Below are positions 49,467-59,120 of a stretch of 64,000 bases of DNA, piece after piece (position 1 is the first letter of the stretch; every line of letters begins with the position of its first letter). The position numbers were made by a program, and so were the translations under genes. The notes beneath the pieces are model-generated. The model saw nothing but the letters and a program-made list of their open reading frames with translations, made no database searches and had not been told where the DNA came from. Source of the DNA: Treponema sp. (GTDB lineage: Bacteria; Spirochaetota; Spirochaetia; Treponematales; Treponemataceae); assembly GCA_017962415.1 (NCBI GenBank), contig JAGCVK010000009.1, forward strand, positions 4,811-68,810, read 5' to 3'.

Positions 49467-50438
49467 TTAGTCAAAATACTTTGCACACCACTTTTTTACA
49501 AAAACCGCAATATCAGAAAGTTCTTTATCGCTTCCTGAAAAATCAATTATTGTGCTGCCTGGAATATCACGAATGTAAGTGTACTGCTTTTTTGCATATT
49601 TGCAGCTGTGATGTTTTATTTCTTCGCGGATTTTTTCTATATCGTTATAATCAAAAAATTCGCTGTAACCAATTGCCTTCATAGCAGGAGTTTCTTTTGT
49701 GCAGCCAGATTTTTTAAGTTCATTAACTTCTTTTTCAAGCCCGGTCTGGAACATCAAATCAACCCGCTCACGGATTTTTTGATAAAGCACTTCGCGTTCA
49801 GGCTCAAGTACAAGAAAAAGAAAATCATACTTTTCGCGCAATTTTGGAGTAATTTTAAAACTTGAACGAGTTTTTCCCGAAAGATAAAAAACTTCCAAAG
49901 CGCGGCAAATTCTATACGAATCATTTAAATGAATTTTTGCGGCACTTTCCGGGTCGATTTTTTTAAGCTCATCATATAAAGCCTGATTCCCTTCTTTTTC
50001 GATACGTTCTTTTAAGCGGGCTCTAAGTTTTTCATCGGAAACAGGTGTTTTTGCAACTCCATAAAGAAAATTTCTAATATAAAAACCAGTTCCGCCAGCA
50101 ACAACCGGAAGTTTTCCTTTTGAATAAATTTCAGCACAAGCAGAATCAGCCAAATCAACAAAATCAGAAACGTTAAACTGAACTTCGGGAGTAATAAGAT
50201 TTATAAGATGATGAGGTATTTGCCGGCAAAAAGATTCATCAGGTTTTGCAGTTCCAATATCAAGCCCTTTATAAACCGCCTGAGAATCTGCACTAACAAC
50301 TTCGGCATTTAAAATAAAATGACTGCCTTGAGGCGAAAAAAGTTCCCTCGTTAAGGCAGTCTTACCCGAAGCTGTGGGCGCAAAGATTACAAGAACCGGA
50401 ATCTTAGAATCAGCCGGAAAATTAGTCTTTGTGCTCAA
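49467..50438 (-). CDS. miaA: tRNA dimethylallyltransferase
   Basis: APTASGKT, SADSQAVYKGLDIGTAKP, GGTGFY and YAKKQYT. Confidence 0.96.
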   Translation of the reverse strand: MSTKTNFPADSKIPVLVIFAPTASGKTALTRELFSPQGSHFILNAEVVSADSQAVYKGLDIGTAKPDESFCRQIPHHLINLITPEVQFNVSDFVDLADSACAEIYSKGKLPVVAGGTGFYIRNFLYGVAKTPVSDEKLRARLKERIEKEGNQALYDELKKIDPESAAKIHLNDSYRICRALEVFYLSGKTRSSFKITPKLREKYDFLFLVLEPEREVLYQKIRERVDLMFQTGLEKEVNELKKSGCTKETPAMKAIGYSEFFDYNDIEKIREEIKHHSCKYAKKQYTYIRDIPGSTIIDFSGSDKELSDIAVFVKKWCAKYFD

Positions 50439-50619
50439 TGCGGTATGTTACCTTGTTTGTAAAAAGCTGCTTTGCGGCAGCACAAACAACCTTATCCTGA
50501 TTTGCAGCAATTTCAGGGTCGTTAACCTTTGCCATCTGATATGCACGTAAACTTGCTGCAACTGTAATTTCGTAAATATTATTATTGAATTCAACCAACT
50601 GTTCCAAAGGAAAAACCAT
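50422..50619 (-). CDS. rpoZ: RNA polymerase omega subunit
   Basis: MVFPLEQLV...NIYEITVAASLRAYQ, an omega-like pattern; GAGGGG RBS. Confidence 0.8.
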   Translation of the reverse strand: MVFPLEQLVEFNNNIYEITVAASLRAYQMAKVNDPEIAANQDKVVCAAAKQLFTNKVTYRIEHKD

Positions 50620-50646
50620 TATACTACCCCTCAAAGATAATAGACT

Positions 50647-50675
50647 ATTTTAACAATTCAAGGATTTTGTGTCAA
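50647..50675 (-). promoter_or_regulatory. Sigma-70 promoter of rpoZ-miaA
   Basis: TTGACA-17-TAAAAT with an extended TG. Confidence 0.75.
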
Positions 50676-50721
50676 CAATAGTGTTGCTACAAAATCCTTT
50701 AGCGTATGACAATTATAAAAA

Positions 50722-51957
50722 TCAAAGAGCGCTGTAAAGAATGTTGTGAACTTTTCTGGCTGCACTTGTTGTACCAGAATCGCAGCGCTGCATTGTCATC
50801 ACAATTGTTAAATGATTTTTTATATCTATTGAAACATAAGGCCCAAGCCAGCCGTCCCAACCAAATTCATTTTTTTCAGTCAAAAGATTGCAAGAACCAG
50901 GCTCGCAAGCAACTCTAAGCAAATTACAGTAAGTATAACCTGGTAAATGCGCCATTCGAGCTTCAAACTTCTTTTGCAATTCTGGAATTAAACGCGCCTG
51001 CGACAAATAATTTACAGTTCCTTCATAAAGGATTCTTTTTCCATTAAATTGGCCGCCGTTTGTAAGCATAAGAGCAAACTTCATATAATCATCAATTGGA
51101 GCGCAAAGCCCTGCTCCGCCACTTTCAAAAGCAGGCAAACGATTCATTTTATAACTGATTCCAAGATTACAGCCCGTAAATTCTTCAAGCCGGCGCTCGG
51201 CACCATTTTCTACAGAACGATAGATTTTTGAAAGTTTTGGCTGATTTTCTTCGCGTACAAAAAAATCAGTATCATACATTCCTAGCGGCTCAAAAATACG
51301 TTTACGCAAAAACTCACCAAAACGCATTCCAGAAACTTCCTGAATTACAGCGCCAAGAATATCAGCTGAAAGTCCATAATTATAATCAGTTCCAGGCTCA
51401 AAATTAACAGGAATTTCACTTAAACGGCGGGCAACTTCGCGCGTTGATATTTGATTTTTGCCCGATTCGCCAACATCGCAGTTTAATTCTTCTATTAAAT
51501 CAAAAGTTAAAAGTTCACCCAAAAGCGAATCGGCTTGATTTGCGCCATAAGTGTAACCGCTTGTCATATTTAAAAGGTCGCGAATTTGAAGCGGTCTGGA
51601 AACAGAGCTTGGTTTTCCATTTCGCCCTTTTTGTGCACAAACTTTTAAATTTGCATATTCTGGCAAAATATGAAAAACTTCATCAGCAAAATCAAGTTTT
51701 CCTTCTTCCATAAGAATCATAGCGGCAACAGCCGTAACAGGCTTTGTCATTGAATAAAGGCGAACAATTGTATCACGATTATAAGCAACGTTATTTTCAA
51801 TATCAGCTTTTCCAGCCTGCCAGTAACCAAGTTCATTTTGATTTTGATACACCAGAAGATTCAAACCGGCTGCATTTTTTTGATTAACAAAATCATCTAA
51901 AACATTTTGAATTTTTGATAAGCACGAAATATCCATATAAGTAATATACTTCATCAT
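50722..51957 (-). CDS. Serine hydrolase, beta-lactamase-related (family VIII esterase-like)
   Basis: SMTK (SxxK), LLNMTSG, YNYG, PLGMYDT and GGAGL. Confidence 0.9.
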   Translation of the reverse strand: MMKYITYMDISCLSKIQNVLDDFVNQKNAAGLNLLVYQNQNELGYWQAGKADIENNVAYNRDTIVRLYSMTKPVTAVAAMILMEEGKLDFADEVFHILPEYANLKVCAQKGRNGKPSSVSRPLQIRDLLNMTSGYTYGANQADSLLGELLTFDLIEELNCDVGESGKNQISTREVARRLSEIPVNFEPGTDYNYGLSADILGAVIQEVSGMRFGEFLRKRIFEPLGMYDTDFFVREENQPKLSKIYRSVENGAERRLEEFTGCNLGISYKMNRLPAFESGGAGLCAPIDDYMKFALMLTNGGQFNGKRILYEGTVNYLSQARLIPELQKKFEARMAHLPGYTYCNLLRVACEPGSCNLLTEKNEFGWDGWLGPYVSIDIKNHLTIVMTMQRCDSGTTSAARKVHNILYSAL

Positions 51958-52035
51958 AAAATTTTTGCAACAGAAAAATAAAAATGAACTTTTATTTTTT
52001 TAGCCCTAAAACAAAGTGCAAAACGCCTTCCGTTG

Positions 52036-52228
52036 TTTGCCAAAATCGAAGAAACGTTAAAAACGACAGTCCATCGAGACTGTCGTTTAGTTTCTTCCAA
52101 AAATCGGCTTGCGAGATTTATCGAGTCTGGCGCTCAGCCTACGCGCTCCCTCGCTCACTTCGTTCGCTCGGTCGCTTGCGTTGGCCGCCTTCGGCGCGGC
52201 TCCACGCTTGGGGCGCTGCATCGGCAAA
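52036..52228. repeat. GC-rich multi-hairpin intergenic element
   Basis: AAACGACAGTC/GACTGTCGTTT stem, CGCTC/TTCG-loop hairpins and TTTGCC/GGCAAA ends. Confidence 0.7.
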
Positions 52229-52282
52229 GTTCAAACACAAAAAGTCAAAATCAATGCCTTTGCATTGTCAAATTATCTTTTT

Positions 52283-52311
52283 TTGCATTCTCAGATTTTT
52301 TATTGTATATT
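52283..52311 (+). promoter_or_regulatory. Sigma-70 promoter of addB (leaderless)
   Basis: TTGCAT-17-TATATT, ending 6 nt before the ATG at 52318. Confidence 0.55.
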
Positions 52312-52317
52312 ATACTT

Positions 52318-55251
52318 ATGAAAAAACTTGAGCTGTTGCCAGAAAAAATCTCCCAAGTGCTTTGCAAAGAATGCAAAAATCCAAACACGATTTTTGTTTT
52401 TCCAACCGACACAGTAATGAACAGCTGGATTGACTGGCTTATTTTAAATCCCAAAGAATCAGGTGTTGAAGCAGTTCCTTTTGAACGCTTTTGTGCCTGG
52501 GATAATTTTAAGGGAAAATATGTTCAAGCTCAAAAACAAGGCTACAATGTAATTCCTTCTATTTTGCGAAAGTTTTTTGTAAGCGATTTAATTGCAAAAA
52601 ATGCGCAAAAGCAAAAAAACGAACGGCTTCAAGTAATCATAAATCCCGAAGATGAATATGCCCAAAGCGCAGACTCTTTTGAAAACTGGATTGAAAAAAA
52701 TCTTTCTTCATTAAATTTCTGGAAAAAACGGCTCGACCAAAATGCCGCAGAATACGGCGAACTTGACTCAGAAGACAAAGATTATCTTTTTCTTTACACC
52801 GAATATAACCGCTTTCTCGAACAAAACAAACTTTTTGAACCGGCTTGGGTTGAACTTTCTGATTTTGAAAGCCAGCACAATTTTATAATTTTCTTTCCAG
52901 AAATTCTAAAAGATTTTTGTGATTTTGAAGATTTATTTTCAAACGCTCAAAACATCACCGTTTATAATCTTGCAAAAAATCTTCCGCTGCCAAAATGCTA
53001 TAAATATTCAGATTCAAGAAAAGAACTTCGCCAGACAATGCTTAGAATTATCGACTTAGTTCAAAGCGGCAAAGCAGACTGGTCTGAAATTGCGCTTTCT
53101 GTTCCAGACATTGACACTTACCGGCCATATTTAGACCGCGAATTTTCGCTTTATGGAATTCCTTATGTAATAAAAGCCGGCCAAAGTCTTACAAAAAACT
53201 GCGCCGGCCGCATTTTCCGCGAAATTTATGATTGTCACACTTCAAACTTTACTTTTGACAGCGTTCGTTCACTTTTACTCGACGAATGCATTCCATGGAA
53301 AAAAGAATTTGAAAAAACAAAAGAAGCACTTATTCGCGAAGGAAACCGAATGCGCTGCCTTTGTTCACCAGAGCAAAAAGATATCTGGCAGCAATGTTTT
53401 GCCTCGAAAATTAAGCGGCTCGAACTTTCCGGCGACGAAACAGCCCAAATTGAATATTTTGAAACGCTAAAACATTTTTATTCCAAGTTGCACAGTGCAA
53501 TTGAAAGTTTTTTTGCAGCAGAAAATCAAACATTTTCTTCTATAAAATTGAACTGGATAAAATTTAAAGCGCAGTTTTTACAGGAAAATTCTGATTTTAG
53601 CGAACAGGCAAATAACATCATAAGCCGTTGTATCAAAGAGCTTGAAGCAATAATTATGATTGAAGAACAATTCAAAAACTGCAATCTCAAAATCAATTCC
53701 CCATACGAATTTTTCTTAAAAATTATAGATGAAAAAACTTATACGCCGCAAACAAAAGCAACCGGCGTAAATATTTTTAAATATAAACTTTCTGCTGCGG
53801 CAAATTATAAATTCCAATTTGTGATTGATTCTTCTCAAAAAAATCTGGAAGTCCAAAACCGCCGCCTTACATTTTTGAATTCTACAAAACGCGCAAAACT
53901 TCACTTAACCGAAGATGATAAATCAAATAATGCAACAAAAGCGTTTATCAATCTTTATGCAAAAAACACAAAAGCCGCCGATTCAGATTTTGTTCATTTT
54001 TCTTATGCCGAAGAAAGTTTTTCGGGTTATGCAATTGCGCACAGCCAGCTTGAAAAAATCGATTTTCCGCCAAATTACGACCAAAACGATTATATTCTTG
54101 CAGAACGCAATTTTATTCTTGGAAGAAGTAAAACGCTTTTTGGCCTTACCCAAAATCAAAAAAATCAGTTTAACCTTTGGTACAAAACAAACGCAAATAA
54201 AAATAAGCAGGCTTACCAATTAAATCAAAGTCTTGAAAATCGGCTTAAAGAAAAAAAAGATAAAGAAACCGGACTTCTTAGAGTTTCGGCTCGCGGCGAC
54301 CTTGAAAAGTTTTTTCCGTGCCAGCGCCGCTGGGTTTTGCAAAGCCTGTTAAAACTTCAGGAAGACAGCCTGGACACTTCGCTTATGCAAAAATATGATA
54401 TGGGAAATTTAAATCATAAAATTCTTGAGCTTGTTCTTTGCGAATTTGAAAAGCAAAATCTTCCATATTATAACGAAGAAGAACAGGAATTTTACCTTAC
54501 TCCTCAAAATTCAAAAGACGCAATAAATCAAAATGCGGTTTTATATACTTCTGATTTTTTCAATCTGATTCTTAAAAAAACTGAAGAAGCCTTAAAAGCG
54601 CCTTCAGATTTTCGCGACAGCATTCTGGCTCTTTATGCGCTTCAATCGCAAAAGCAAAAACTCGTAAAAAAAATCTATTCATTTTTTCAGTTTTTGCTAA
54701 AACCGTTTGGCCAAAAAGGTTTTGGAAACTGCACAGTTATTGCCGAAGAAAAAAAACTTTCACTTGTGAAAAACGGTCTTGTTTATTATGGAGTTATAGA
54801 CTGCCTTTTAAAAAGTCCAGACGGCGAGTATATTATAATTGATTATAAAAATTCCGAATCTTCAATTCCGGATGCAAAAGAAATCAAACTGGACGATAAC
54901 AATCTTTTGCATGATTTTCAAATGCCAATGTACTACACGCTTTTGAATGTAAATGATGATGATATTTTTGGCGGATATTTTTATTCAATAAGTGACTGCC
55001 AAAAACGTGTTGTCACTCAAAAAGAAGAAAAAGAAAAATCTATGCAGGATTTTTCGCAAACAAAACTTGCCCTTGATGAATACGCCACACTTTTTAAAAA
55101 CTCAGTAGAAAAAAAAGATTTTGTGCCAAAAGAAAGCAATTCGCATAAAGACCGGCAAAACGTAAAACCACATCAAACTTGCGTAGAATGTCCGTACAAA
55201 ACAATTTGCCGCACAACCTATACTGTAGCTGGAAAAAATGGAGAATTTTAA
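52318..55251 (+). CDS. addB: AddB/RexB-like PD-(D/E)XK nuclease subunit
   Basis: C-terminal GVIDCL...IIDYK nuclease motif and Fe-S Cys residues (PCQRRW, CVECPYKTIC); coupled to addA. True start is MKKLELL. Confidence 0.8.
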   Translation: MKKLELLPEKISQVLCKECKNPNTIFVFPTDTVMNSWIDWLILNPKESGVEAVPFERFCAWDNFKGKYVQAQKQGYNVIPSILRKFFVSDLIAKNAQKQKNERLQVIINPEDEYAQSADSFENWIEKNLSSLNFWKKRLDQNAAEYGELDSEDKDYLFLYTEYNRFLEQNKLFEPAWVELSDFESQHNFIIFFPEILKDFCDFEDLFSNAQNITVYNLAKNLPLPKCYKYSDSRKELRQTMLRIIDLVQSGKADWSEIALSVPDIDTYRPYLDREFSLYGIPYVIKAGQSLTKNCAGRIFREIYDCHTSNFTFDSVRSLLLDECIPWKKEFEKTKEALIREGNRMRCLCSPEQKDIWQQCFASKIKRLELSGDETAQIEYFETLKHFYSKLHSAIESFFAAENQTFSSIKLNWIKFKAQFLQENSDFSEQANNIISRCIKELEAIIMIEEQFKNCNLKINSPYEFFLKIIDEKTYTPQTKATGVNIFKYKLSAAANYKFQFVIDSSQKNLEVQNRRLTFLNSTKRAKLHLTEDDKSNNATKAFINLYAKNTKAADSDFVHFSYAEESFSGYAIAHSQLEKIDFPPNYDQNDYILAERNFILGRSKTLFGLTQNQKNQFNLWYKTNANKNKQAYQLNQSLENRLKEKKDKETGLLRVSARGDLEKFFPCQRRWVLQSLLKLQEDSLDTSLMQKYDMGNLNHKILELVLCEFEKQNLPYYNEEEQEFYLTPQNSKDAINQNAVLYTSDFFNLILKKTEEALKAPSDFRDSILALYALQSQKQKLVKKIYSFFQFLLKPFGQKGFGNCTVIAEEKKLSLVKNGLVYYGVIDCLLKSPDGEYIIIDYKNSESSIPDAKEIKLDDNNLLHDFQMPMYYTLLNVNDDDIFGGYFYSISDCQKRVVTQKEEKEKSMQDFSQTKLALDEYATLFKNSVEKKDFVPKESNSHKDRQNVKPHQTCVECPYKTICRTTYTVAGKNGEF

Positions 55252-58200
55252 TGAGCGAATATAACGATAACTTTCTTGATTTACTTGACCGCAAACTCGA
55301 CCAGAATCAATACGCAGCCCTTTCGGCGCAAAAAAATACAGTAATTGCAGCAGGTGCCGGCTCTGGAAAAACTCAGGTTTTAGCAACACGCTTTGCCTGG
55401 CTTGTAATGACAAAACAGGCAAAAGCCGAACAGATTTTGACTTTGACTTTCACAAACAAAGCCGCTTCTGAAATGTACGACAGAATTTACCGAACGCTAA
55501 AACTGTTTGCCGAACACGAAGTTTGCGAAAATCTTACAGTTGAACAAAAAACTCTTGCTCAACAAGCGCTCGAAAGTTTTTCTGATGTTCATATTCAAAC
55601 GCTGGATTCTTACTGCAGTTCAATTGTGCGCCAATGCGCAAACCGTTATGGAATAAAACCTGATTTTGTTACCGGAAGCGCAGACGGCCAGCGGCAGGTA
55701 AAAGACCTTGCTTTTACTTATATTCTTCAAAATGCAGAAAATCAGGCGGTGCAGGCGTTTTGTGAGCCGGGGAAGCTTCAGGAGTTTGCGGAGCACGTTT
55801 TCGCCAAAATTATTTTAGAAAATACAAGTCTTGCAACAAAACAAGGCTGGTTTACAGAACACTTTGAAATTCAAACTCAAAAAATTGCACAAGCGTGGAA
55901 TGAGCTTATAATTGGAAAGACCGAAGATTCTATTTTTAAACAGGTTTCAGAAATCAGCGACGCGCTCGAAGCTTCTGGCAAAAAAGATGATAAAAAATAT
56001 GCAGTTTTTGTTTCGCATCTTGTAAATCTCATCGAAAAAACTTTTGAACTTTGCGATTTTCCAAAACTCACCAAAGATGACATCAAAAATCAAAATGAAA
56101 AACTTCAACAGCAAATTGATTTTTTTGAAAAATATTCAAAAATTGGCACTAAAAAATTTTCATCGGGATTTATTAAAGAAATTCGTTCTTTGGTAACAAA
56201 ATTTGCCGACAGTTTTGAACAATACACTTCCATCTTAAATTTTATCCGCCAGTACAAAACGCTTAAAGAACTAAATCTTCTTTTAGATGATTTTTTGGCG
56301 CAGGTAAATACTTCAAAGCGCATTTCTGGAAATCTTACTTTTAATGATGTTTCCGAGCTCGCATTAAAATTTTTGCTTGAAAACGAAGACCTTCGAAATC
56401 AGGAAAAAAATTCGTACAAAAAAATTATGATTGATGAGTTTCAGGACAACAACGGCAAAAACCGCGACCTTCTTTATATTCTTTCGCTAAAAAACGGCGC
56501 ATTTGAAGATAACGGAAACTGCAAAATCTCCGTTCCGGAAAACAAAACACTTCATTCTCTTATAAAAGACCTGCGAAGTCCAGATAAACTTTTTTTTGTG
56601 GGCGACGAAAAACAGTCTATTTATAAATTTCGCGGCGCAGACGTTCAGGTTTTCAACGAGCTTACTTCGAGCGGCGAAAATGATTTAATTTATATGACGT
56701 TCAATTACCGCTCAGACGCCGCTCTTGTTAAAGCCTTTAACGAGCTGTTCAAAAACGGAAACGGTATTTTTGCACTTCCAGAGCCAAAACTTGATTACGA
56801 AGCGTATTACACCCGCGACGCTGCCAAAAATGGAATTGAACTTCCTCGCCTTACAAAGCAAAATATTCCAATTCACGCCTGCCTTTTAGAAGCAGATATT
56901 TATAGCGAAAATGAAAAAGAATTGCCGGAAAATCGCCTTGACTTGATTCCCGAAAAAGATCAAAAAGCCTATTTTATGGCAAAAAAAATCTACGAGCTTC
57001 ACGAGCAAGGTTCGTCTTGGAATGAGTTTGCAATTCTCGACCGTTCGCGAAAAGACCGCGATGTAATTACAAAATATCTGGCTCTTTTTGGCATTCCGTA
57101 TTCTGTTGATATTTTTAAAGATATTTTTACAGACGCAATTATAAATGATTTTTGCAGTTTTCTTAGAATCTGCGTTTATCCTTCTGATGCACGCTCTTAT
57201 GCAGCTTATCTTTGCTCGCCGCTTGCAGGCCTTAGCGAAAATGAAACCGAAATGATTATTTCAAATCTTTTGGATTGCGATAGCGAAACTTTTAATCCGC
57301 TTGCAGCTGCAGATAAAATCATCAAAAATGATATTGGACAAGAAAGTTTTAATAAATATCAAAGTGCAAAAGAATTTTATATTCAAATGCGTTCAAAAGC
57401 GCTTCAGGAACGACTAACAACAACACTTTCTGTTTTGTGGCAAAATCGCGCTTACCGCTACGAAACTATGCAAAACGAAAAAACTATTTTATGCACAGAG
57501 CATTTTGATATGCTTTTTGAACTTGCGCGCCAGGCCGAAGAAAATGGAAAAACCGCCGCCTGGTTTATCGATCAGCTGGAACTTCTTAAGCAAAAATATT
57601 TAGCCGAAGATTCTGATTTAGACGCTTCCGAAGTCAGTTACCCGATTGAGCGCGAGCAGGCTGTTCAAATTATGACGATTCACAAAAGTAAAGGCCTTGA
57701 ATTTGAACACGTTTTTGTTTATGGCTGCACAAATGTTAATTCAAAATCAGAAAAAGAAATGTTCTTTTTTGATGAAGAAACCGGCGTTTCAATAAAACCT
57801 CAAAAAGACTCACTAAACTATTTTTTTCTTAAGCAAAGCGAAAAAGCAAAACTTATGGAGCTTGCAGAATTCAGAAGACAAATTTATGTTGCAATTACGC
57901 GCGCAAAAAAAGCTGCTTACATTATTGGAAGTTATAAAAACACAAAAAAAACACAATCGATAATGCGGCTTTTTGAAAATAAAATTGCAACAGTTTATCC
58001 GCCGGAAGTTACGCAAAATTGCAATTATATTGAAGGATCTGGTTTTGATTATTTTAAAATTGAGCCAGTTGAATATAAAGATTTACCAAAAAGCAATTTT
58101 GATTCACAAAAATATTTTGATGAAAAAACTTTTGATTCTATTGAAACAATCAGCTTTTCGCAAAATCCAATTGAACGAAAAACTCCAAGTTCGCTTGAGA

Positions 58201-58778
58201 GTGATTTTGATTCTAAAGTTGAATCTCAAGATTATGATTTTGGAAAAATTTATGAGCAAAGCGAAGACTCTTTGCAGCCTCAGGATTTTTCGGCCGTAGA
58301 TTTTGGAATTCTTGTTCATTCATATCTTGAAATGCAGGCAAACAGAATCAATCCTGAAATTTACGAGCCTGAACCAAAGTTCTTTAAAAATCTTACTGAA
58401 TCACAAATCAAAGAAAATAAAGAACTTTGTATAAAAATGTGCCGCGATTTTTCTGAAAGCGAACTTGGCATTTCTTTAAAACAAGCGCAAACTTCCGGGC
58501 GTTTTTGGCGTGCAGAATGGGCGTTCCGAATGTTTTACAAATGCAGCACAGCTCCAAAAGGCGCAATTTTTACCGGCGCAATCGACTTGATTTTTGAAAA
58601 TCCAGACGGAACTTTTACAATCTGCGATTATAAATCTGATTCTCAAATTAACGGCGAGCTTTACCGCGCACAGCAGGAATGCTACCGCGCAGCCGCTTCA
58701 AAAATCTTAAATATCAGCGAAGATAAAATCTCGCTAAATCTGTATTATTTGCGGCATAATCAGATTGTAGAATTGTAA
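55251..58778 (+). CDS. addA: AddA/UvrD-like helicase-nuclease
   Basis: AGAGSGKT, DEFQD, VGDEKQSIYKFRGA, MTIHKSKGLEF, YVAITRA and C-terminal GAIDL...DYKS. Confidence 0.9.
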   Translation: MSEYNDNFLDLLDRKLDQNQYAALSAQKNTVIAAGAGSGKTQVLATRFAWLVMTKQAKAEQILTLTFTNKAASEMYDRIYRTLKLFAEHEVCENLTVEQKTLAQQALESFSDVHIQTLDSYCSSIVRQCANRYGIKPDFVTGSADGQRQVKDLAFTYILQNAENQAVQAFCEPGKLQEFAEHVFAKIILENTSLATKQGWFTEHFEIQTQKIAQAWNELIIGKTEDSIFKQVSEISDALEASGKKDDKKYAVFVSHLVNLIEKTFELCDFPKLTKDDIKNQNEKLQQQIDFFEKYSKIGTKKFSSGFIKEIRSLVTKFADSFEQYTSILNFIRQYKTLKELNLLLDDFLAQVNTSKRISGNLTFNDVSELALKFLLENEDLRNQEKNSYKKIMIDEFQDNNGKNRDLLYILSLKNGAFEDNGNCKISVPENKTLHSLIKDLRSPDKLFFVGDEKQSIYKFRGADVQVFNELTSSGENDLIYMTFNYRSDAALVKAFNELFKNGNGIFALPEPKLDYEAYYTRDAAKNGIELPRLTKQNIPIHACLLEADIYSENEKELPENRLDLIPEKDQKAYFMAKKIYELHEQGSSWNEFAILDRSRKDRDVITKYLALFGIPYSVDIFKDIFTDAIINDFCSFLRICVYPSDARSYAAYLCSPLAGLSENETEMIISNLLDCDSETFNPLAAADKIIKNDIGQESFNKYQSAKEFYIQMRSKALQERLTTTLSVLWQNRAYRYETMQNEKTILCTEHFDMLFELARQAEENGKTAAWFIDQLELLKQKYLAEDSDLDASEVSYPIEREQAVQIMTIHKSKGLEFEHVFVYGCTNVNSKSEKEMFFFDEETGVSIKPQKDSLNYFFLKQSEKAKLMELAEFRRQIYVAITRAKKAAYIIGSYKNTKKTQSIMRLFENKIATVYPPEVTQNCNYIEGSGFDYFKIEPVEYKDLPKSNFDSQKYFDEKTFDSIETISFSQNPIERKTPSSLESDFDSKVESQDYDFGKIYEQSEDSLQPQDFSAVDFGILVHSYLEMQANRINPEIYEPEPKFFKNLTESQIKENKELCIKMCRDFSESELGISLKQAQTSGRFWRAEWAFRMFYKCSTAPKGAIFTGAIDLIFENPDGTFTICDYKSDSQINGELYRAQQECYRAAASKILNISEDKISLNLYYLRHNQIVEL

Positions 58779-58780
58779 TT

Positions 58781-58988
58781 TGAAAAGGAAAAAAAACTAC
58801 GTTGGTAAGTCGAAATTTTAATTTGATTTACTTCCACTGCGATGACATCCAATCTGCGGCTGCTGGACAATGGTATTTTGACTCGCTTGCGCTCGCACCC
58901 AGCAATGCAGATTGGATATCATCTCCGTTCGCGTAAATCAAATTAAAAATAATATCTTACATCCAGTTATTTTTCTTCTTACTTTTCA
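58781..58988. repeat. ~200-bp fold-back (MITE/REP-like) element
   Basis: Nested inverted repeats: a perfect 16 bp (58816-31/58933-48), a 17 bp with one mismatch (58841-57/58907-23) and TGAAAAG/CTTTTCA ends. Confidence 0.8.
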
Positions 58989-59120
58989 GTTTTCCGCGTA
59001 AATAATTCAACTAAATTACGGAAAAATCTTAATTGTAAAATTGGCTGATATGAAATATAATTTAGCAAAACTTGGTTAAAGGTTTTACAAATCAATTTAT
59101 AAAACACAGCGAGAAAAACT

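Noticed and set aside
50722-51957. Beta-lactam resistance gene
   Set aside because: It has no signal peptide and no KTG motif, and looks like a cytoplasmic family VIII esterase-type hydrolase.
52033-52317. N-terminal extension of AddB
   Set aside because: It merely translates the palindromic element. The promoter and ATG at 52318 give a better start.
52318-58778. Novel nuclease-helicase defence system or Cas4-like module
   Set aside because: The architecture (Fe-S nuclease subunit plus UvrD helicase with RecB-type nuclease) and the recO/recJ context fit housekeeping AddAB.
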